Positions 56,347-64,000 of a DNA stretch of 64,000 nt are shown here, one piece after another (position 1 is the stretch's first letter; each line of letters begins with the position of its first letter). The stretch comes from Chrysomallon squamiferum (lineage: Eukaryota; Animalia; Mollusca). The notes below the pieces were generated by a model. It had not been told where the DNA came from. It did no database searches and saw nothing but the letters and a program-made list of their open reading frames with translations. The stretch is from positions 22,382,001 through 22,446,000 of the forward strand of contig CM022671.1 in the NCBI GenBank assembly GCA_012295275.1. The letters run 5' to 3'. Made by a program: the position numbers and the translations under genes.

Positions 56347-56930
56347 AACAGTTTATAAGGCATCCGTGAGAACTTATTATTATAAAGAAAAAATTGTTTA
56401 TATATTAGACATTTTAAGTAGTTAATTAATAAACGCGGTATCCTGCTTACGAAAAAAACAGTCGAGTAACAGTCACACATCAATCCCTCCATAGATAGTT
56501 AAATAGACTGATAGATAGACAGATACATACATACATTCATATATACATGCACACATACATACATATACAGATACATAAATAGATAGATCGAAAAACAGAG
56601 ATACACACAGAGAGAGACATGACAGACGTAGGGATGGACACACAAAAAGATCAATGGACGGACATAAAAACACAGCTCAGACTAATTGTAACTACATGTC
56701 AGCGTATTTGGAATTTTATTATGATTTAAAGCCTACAAACATCACTAATAGACAACGACACACCACACCCGGAATCTGGTGAAAACGCACTTTGTAATTA
56801 GACTTAGATATAGATTTCTCACCTGAATCAATATATCTTACTTTAACTGTCTTGTTTGCAGCAACCACCCACTGTCGTTTTCGGAATGAATGCGTGCGAC
56901 CTATACCATTCTGAAGAATAGCAAAAAGAC

Positions 56931-57048
<118 letters not shown>

Positions 57049-57088
57049 GATGATATGATAAAGAAAAACTAGCTGTATGGAAAGCAGA

Positions 57089-57155
<67 letters not shown>

Positions 57156-57974
57156 GATTGATAAAGAAATCACGTGACTTTTGTGATGCACTGGCGGGGG
57201 TGAGGGAAAGCCCAACAAGAGAAAGACCTGAACAAAATTTCAGAAACTTTAAAAATTATTATATAAGTAAACAATTATACATTCCAGGTGTATGGAATAA
57301 CAGTAGATAAATATTGGCAACCAATTAAAAAAAAAACCCGTCTAAATCCTTCCAACATTTCAGGTTAGACAACTCCGTTTAAAGGCAGGCGACTCTGGTT
57401 TCAAACTGCATCACGCCAGTTTCGATACAGATAACGCTCGTTTCAAGAGACTGGCTATGTACGATACACATAAATTATGAACTAAAATAAATTGACAAAA
57501 GAGCTGTCTCTCAGTATAGTGAAATGCACGTTTTTTTTCCCCTGCGCTCATCCAAATATAATACGTGAATAACTGTGAAAAAAAAAAAAAAAAAAAAATT
57601 GGAATTAGATGTTTTTTATAATTAAAAAAAAAGCGATAGAAGAAGAATGAAAAAAAAAAAAAAAAGAGAAATTGAAGAAGAAAAAGAAAAATAAGTAAAA
57701 CACATCTTCAGTGTAATGTCAGTTTTAAATTTCTGTTCCAAGGGACGTTACTCTACTTTTTGTTTTACTGTCAGTGTTTTAATCACGTGTCTTATGACGT
57801 CAGAAATCAAAATGTCCTCCAGAGTGATCGATTCGACAAACTTTGGCCAAAATAAACACAGTGCTTAGACTTTGTTCTTCTTGCTAGCATAAACAACGGA
57901 TATACTGTTACATGTGTAAATGTTTATGTAATTCAGTGAATATTTGTCTTAAAATAATTTGACAGAATATTAAA

Positions 57975-58037
57975 ATGATGATGATGATAATGATTATTAT
58001 TATTATTATTATTATTGTTGTTGTTGTTGTTGTTGTT

Positions 58038-58114
<77 letters not shown>

Positions 58115-58225
58115 TGCTACTACTATTAATACCAACACAGGCATTACCACTGTTATTATTTCACTACCCTTCTTACTACTGCTACTACTACTACTACTAC
58201 TACTACTAATAATAATAATAATAAT

Positions 58226-58281
<56 letters not shown>
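57975..58281 (+). repeat. Compound trinucleotide array (ATG)(ATT)(GTT)(CTT)(ATT)(ACT)(AAT)(ATT)
   Basis: Directly visible. Confidence 0.95.
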
Positions 58282-58287
<6 letters not shown>

Positions 58288-58655
58288 AACAACTTGAACA
58301 ACAAACACACAAACAAAACAAAAGAAAGCACGAGAGAAAGGAATTTCACTACACAAATATACGTGACTGGCGTTAACTTGCGCAAGCGGCTAGGATCAGT
58401 TTGTCGCACAGAAACTGAGCAAACATCAGAGTCTGTGTGTGCGTCCACTGTTTAATCCGCGGTTACAGCAAATATGCGTAACACTGACCAGTCGGTTCAC
58501 AGAGGTCAGTGGCCTGTAGACGAGATAATCCGGTACTGTGAGGACTGAAGTACTTCGTAGTTATTGTCTCGTTACTTTTGATCTGTTCTTAGGGTGTTTA
58601 AATAATAATAATAATAATATTAATGATAATAATAATAATGATAATGATAATAATG

Positions 58656-58698
<43 letters not shown>

Positions 58699-59438
58699 TA
58701 ATAATGATAATAATAATAATAATAAATTTTAAAAAAAGTAAAATTCTTTCTTTCTTTCTTTCTTTATTTGTTTGTTTGTTTGTTTGTTATTTGCTACACT
58801 GTTCGACGGCGTAATTATTTATATTTTTATTTATTTACGTGTAGATTATTTATCGATTTTTTGTTTGTTTTGGTTTTGTTAGTTTGTTTATTTAATTGTT
58901 TTATTTTATTTTTAATTATTTATTTATTTAAGTTCATTTTATTCATTTATCTTTTGCTAACTAAATTAATTAACAAAGTTAATTTGTCTGTTTCTCTGTT
59001 TATTCATATTTCCATTGGTTTTTCTCGTTTGTTTGTAAGAAAATAAAGTCAGCATTAAAGAGTAACAGACAGAAAGAGACATAAAGAAAGAGAGAAAAAA
59101 AAAGAATTAAAAAAAAAAAAAAAAACATCTTGACAAAAATCCGAAATCACAGCTTAACATCGCAAACGAACTGGAAAGTATATTTACAGCATTAATTCAT
59201 AATCTAAACAACCTCGCCTTTTAATAATTCACAAAGAAATAACAATTTACATTCAGAAATAACGTACGCTGCTATTTGCTCAGCTTCATAATTACCTTTT
59301 TATATATATAAATATATATGTTAAGAATATCTAATCTTAGCCTGCTTCCAGGACATACTTGGTTGGTGCCACCTCTCGAACGCGTCCCAGTACTGTACGT
59401 CTACGTAGGCAGCCGATAATCGCCCTGGGCCGAGAACG

Positions 59439-59452
59439 GCGACAGAGGGCGC
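59439..59452 (+). promoter_or_regulatory. Candidate CTCF site in a CpG-rich block
   Basis: GCGACAGAGGGCGC; the 3' core AGAGGGCGC fits CCASYAGRKGGCRS, but the 5' part mismatches. Confidence 0.25.
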
Positions 59453-59759
59453 CCCACTGCATCGTCACTTCCTGCGAAAACGGCCGACAGCGGCAGACTT
59501 CGTGGCGATTCAGGCGTGCGATCTGATAACGCACTGCCATAATCTAAACTATTGTCTACCGTTATAGGAATATGAAACAATCCGAGACCAGGATGTTGTG
59601 TTTTTGGCTTGTCCCAGACCGCGCAACAGGCGCTGTTTGTAAAGGAAATGGGGGATCTCGTTTTGTTATTCTCGCGTAATCATTGTCGCTTGACTCCCCA
59701 GTCAAACTGGCTACTTCTGCGTTTCGTTTCAATTTAGATGGTAAATTTTGTACATCGGA

Positions 59760-59844
<85 letters not shown>

Positions 59845-60261
59845 ACTACATCATCATCATCAATGAAGCGATCTTTTTTCATTCTTTTTTATTATATATT
59901 TTTTTTTTTTTTACTGTTGATTTATAATACCTCGGCGTCATGTTTGCGTGGTTTACATGGACGTTGTGTGTGTGACGGTGGTGTTTTCAAGGGAGTTGCC
60001 TAGTGCAGACCGATTTAAGGATTTACGTAAATTGTTCGTTTGTTTAGAGTGTTTCTGACATCACAGTTTAACACAGACGTGTGAGGTTTATTTATGTAAT
60101 TTTAATTTTTATATCTTCCTTTCATTCTTCATTTTATATAACATGGACATTTTTGCTTTATATTCTTTCCTTTTTAAAAAAATTATTTTTAATAATAATA
60201 ATAATAAATTAATAAATAAATAAATAAATAATAATAAATAATAAAAATAATGACAGTAATA

Positions 60262-60300
<39 letters not shown>

Positions 60301-60789
60301 GATGATGATGATGATAATGAAGTGGAAAATAAATATACCAACACCAATAATTTCAGTGTAGATGTTTATCAATGAACATTAAATTTTATGAAAAAGAGTT
60401 ATTTGGAACTTAAAAAAAAAAAAAAAAAAAAAAACGAAAAGAAAAAAGGTTTTAAAATCCTAGAAATCAGACAGCACATAATCACAGGCACTGATGTACA
60501 TTCATATATGTAAATATACACACATATATGTAAATATACAAAAAGATGTATATAGACAGAGAGCTGTCCAGTCTTACGACTGACTGTACGTCCGCACGTC
60601 ATGATGATGTTAACGAGAGATGAATTGTAACAAAAACGTAGTAACAGACTGTAGACAAAAAGTCCTATTTTGTTTGTTTAAAACGAATTAAATCGTTTAC
60701 ATGTAGGCCTATGCATAAGTATGTCTTAAAGTTAAGATGTTGTGATTACATACACTACTATGCATACGGTAATAGAGATTCTGTGAATA

Positions 60790-60857
60790 CAGATGTCTGA
60801 TCCAACTTACGACAAACTGGTCAGAACGGAACCCGGTCGTAAGTTGACTAATGTCTG
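60790..60857. mobile_element. 68-bp Tigger/pogo-like MITE (or transposon terminus) with TA target-site duplication
   Basis: TA|CAGATG..CAACTTACGAC(60803-60813)..GGAACCCG-GTCGTAAGTTG(60836-60846)..TGTCTG|TA. CAG..CTG ends and TA flanks are typical of Tc1/mariner-pogo, and the ACTTACGA TIR core recalls Tigger5/MER47. Confidence 0.7.
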
Positions 60858-60892
60858 TAGTTACCTTTACCTGTAATATACAAATGTAATAG

Positions 60893-60975
<83 letters not shown>

Positions 60976-61149
60976 CTATCTCTACCCCGTATCTGTTTCT
61001 CTCTGACTTTTTTCTTCTTTACAGACATCTCACAAAGCCCCTTTAATAATGTTTAAAAGATAACAATACTTTTGCTTTTTCCATTTTTTTTTCTTTCTTT
61101 TTCTTCTTATCTGTTCAACCTGAGTCACGAATAGTGTAGTAAAAGAAAC

Positions 61150-61520
61150 TGTGACCGAACGAACGAACGAACGACCGAACGAACACAACGGGACTTTCCC
61201 GCTGGTAATTCCACCAACAGCTCGAGCGGGGTCGTTTTGTAATGTTCACTTGCGAGTGCCGTTCGACCTCGTGCCATTTGAAGACGCCCCGCCCATTTCA
61301 TTTACTATGTCGCCAGTTCAATTTACGGCCCAGGGCACCCGTGTTCCCGGCTTGAGTGGGTTGTCAGCTTCGATAAATCTCGGGTCGCGTCGCCAACTGC
61401 TTGTGGTCTCTTTGCAGATTATCTGTTACGTTGGAGAGATATCGGCTGGATTGTCAGTGCAAGCGAAAAGTGTTGTTATTAAGCAGAAAGAGAAAACGGT
61501 GTTTCGTTATTATAAACCCC
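61150..61520 (+). promoter_or_regulatory. Promoter/enhancer-like block with a canonical kB site, GC box and TATA
   Basis: (GAAC)n 61157-61184, GGGACTTTCC 61190-61199, GCCCCGCCC 61286-61294, TATAAA 61511-61516. Confidence 0.4.
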
Positions 61521-61641
61521 CCGTGTTCGGTTGTTGAGTGTTGAAATGTTTATGAAGGTTAAGTTGTAAGGATGTTAATAATTTATTTTTTTTGTGTTTT
61601 TTTGTTGTTTTTTTTTTTTTTTTTTTTTTTTTTTTGTTACA

Positions 61642-61680
<39 letters not shown>

Positions 61681-61688
61681 TTATTTAC

Positions 61689-61739
<51 letters not shown>

Positions 61740-61988
61740 ATAAAGTTATATTCTTTTATTATTTATTTATTTCGGTCTCTGGTTTATTAAATCTGACGTA
61801 ATTAAGATTTTTATTAATGCCACTGTTTCTTCCGCCACTACGACAACTACTACATCTATTGCCACTGTTGTTACTACTACGACTACTGCTATCATATTTA
61901 TATTAGTTTTGTTACTACCATATTAGTTACGGTCTTTTTACCTTCGTCACAAATACATAAACAAATACACGTACTCGCGCAGTCACAG

Positions 61989-62022
<34 letters not shown>

Positions 62023-62199
62023 ATGCATACTCTCACATGTACATGCATCCGCAGAAACACACTAACACATACTCTTTCATACTCACATTATACACCTGCA
62101 TATATACAAACCCATTCTCACACAAATATACCTAAACATACAATTACACACAAACATACATATGCTCATTCATACGCACACATACACATACACACAAAC

Positions 62200-62328
62200 C
62201 CATTGATGCGCATATAGCAATACATTCATAGAAACTCTTTCATACGCGTGCACGCACACACACGCGCACAAACATACACAAAGCCATTCATACGCATATA
62301 GCAATATGTTCATAGAAACTCTTTCATA

Positions 62329-62376
<48 letters not shown>

Positions 62377-62400
62377 TACACAAACCCATTCACAAACACA
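62200..62400 (+). repeat. ~84-bp tandem duplication embedded in a CA-rich tract
   Basis: CATATAGCAATAYRTTCATAGAAACTCTTTCATACGCG at 62211 and 62295. Confidence 0.9.
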
Positions 62401-63009
62401 CAAATACACACACAGAGTTACGTAGTACATATCAAAAGCAAAACGCTTCAAACTCTGTTATCCACAGATACCTGTTATATTCCCAGTGTATTGCTATGGT
62501 ATATGATACAGTTAACACAAATACACTTTCAAGTGTTATGCAACAACATCAAACAGCACCAAGCCGAAAAGAAAACGTTAGTATGGAATGTACCACCAAG
62601 CTGCTAGTCAAACGGTTGTGACAGAGTGTGTTAAACTGAGCTAAATGGTTTCTGGCTGTACCCGAAAAGCGAGAGAATTGTGCCTTCACCCGGGGTGGTC
62701 CGGCGCCAAACGGCTCCAATCGGCCGATGACATTTCAGTTTAGAAAAAAAAAAAAAATTAGACAGGGCAGAGTAATATATTTGGAAAGAGGGTACATTTT
62801 TTTTTGTTGTTGTTGTTATTTTTTTTTGTTTGTAGTTCATTCAGAAGAATAACAGTGAAGATAAATAAAAAATTATATACGTTTAAATATAGATAACTGA
62901 AATAGAATTAGCAGAAATAGTGTTAATGCAGTAGTAATGCTAGTGATATTAGTCAAAGCAAAAAAGACAGACAGACAGAGAGATTGAAATAGAATGATAC
63001 AGAGATACA

Positions 63010-63311
<302 letters not shown>

Positions 63312-63447
63312 ATAAATAAATAGACAGATAGATATACAGATAATTATAATAACGGATTGCGGAATTATTACATGATTTATAATATGCATCTGCTAGTAAA
63401 TATAATACTAACATCGATCAATTTTAAAATGTTTACCTATATATATA

Positions 63448-63534
<87 letters not shown>

Positions 63535-63596
63535 ATATCTATCATTATTATTACGAAGAGATTAAATTTTCATCGAACAATCTTATCTAAACCGAC

Positions 63597-63750
63597 ACAT
63601 TGGGTGTGGACGAATGGGTGTCATACGTTCAAGTCTCCTCATGGTCATCTGACATTTGTGAGGCGGGACTGGACTTCGTCCTCCTGGGCCATAGTCTATG
63701 TGCAGACTCTAATCACACAGTAGATAAACCAGTCCTAAATACATACAACG
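63597..63750 (+). mobile_element. tRNA-derived SINE-like element, copy C
   Basis: CGAATGGGTG 63611-63620, GTTCAAGTC B box 63627-63635, GTCCTCCTGGGCCA 63678-63691 (14/14 identical to copy A); runs into a (TACA)n tail. Confidence 0.7.
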
Positions 63751-63951
63751 TACATACATACATACATACATACACACACACACATACACACATACATACA
63801 TACATACCATACATACATACAAACATACATACATACATACATACATACATACATACATACATACATACATACACACATACACATACATACATATATATAT
63901 ACATACATACATGCATGCATACATACATACATACATACATATATACATACA

Positions 63952-63985
<34 letters not shown>

Positions 63986-64000
63986 CATACCATACATACA
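63739..64000 (+). repeat. (TACA)n microsatellite to the window end
   Basis: Directly visible. Confidence 0.97.

Overview
Non-coding eukaryotic DNA from an invertebrate animal. The style resembles mollusc genomes, but that is an impression only. The window is AT-rich and saturated with microsatellites [(AG)n, (AAT)n, (TACA)n, (AAAT)n, (GATA)n, poly-A/T]. These alternate with roughly 30 short (0.2-1.2 kb) CpG-containing blocks of unique sequence rich in transcription-factor consensus sites. I cannot support any protein-coding gene: most listed ORFs are microsatellite translations or short chance frames, and no rRNA, intact tRNA, CRISPR array or known miRNA was recognised. The window reads as a gene desert or a very large intron. 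Directly supportable structure: a three-copy tRNA-derived SINE-like family (26.0, 54.3, 63.6 kb); a 68-bp TA-flanked Tigger/pogo-like MITE (60.8 kb); a two-copy ~80-bp dispersed repeat; several minisatellites (30, 37, 43, 66, ~84, ~140 bp units); several strong hairpins, including two abutting hairpins that bury both splice sites of a candidate 39-nt microexon at 12.0 kb; and dense promoter/enhancer-like motif clusters (4.6, 14.5, 17.6-18.8, 61.2 kb). More tentative: a decayed Penelope-like GIY-YIG remnant at 47.4 kb and non-coding exons on the minus strand. I found no clearly demonstrable new system; the best leads are listed with tests.
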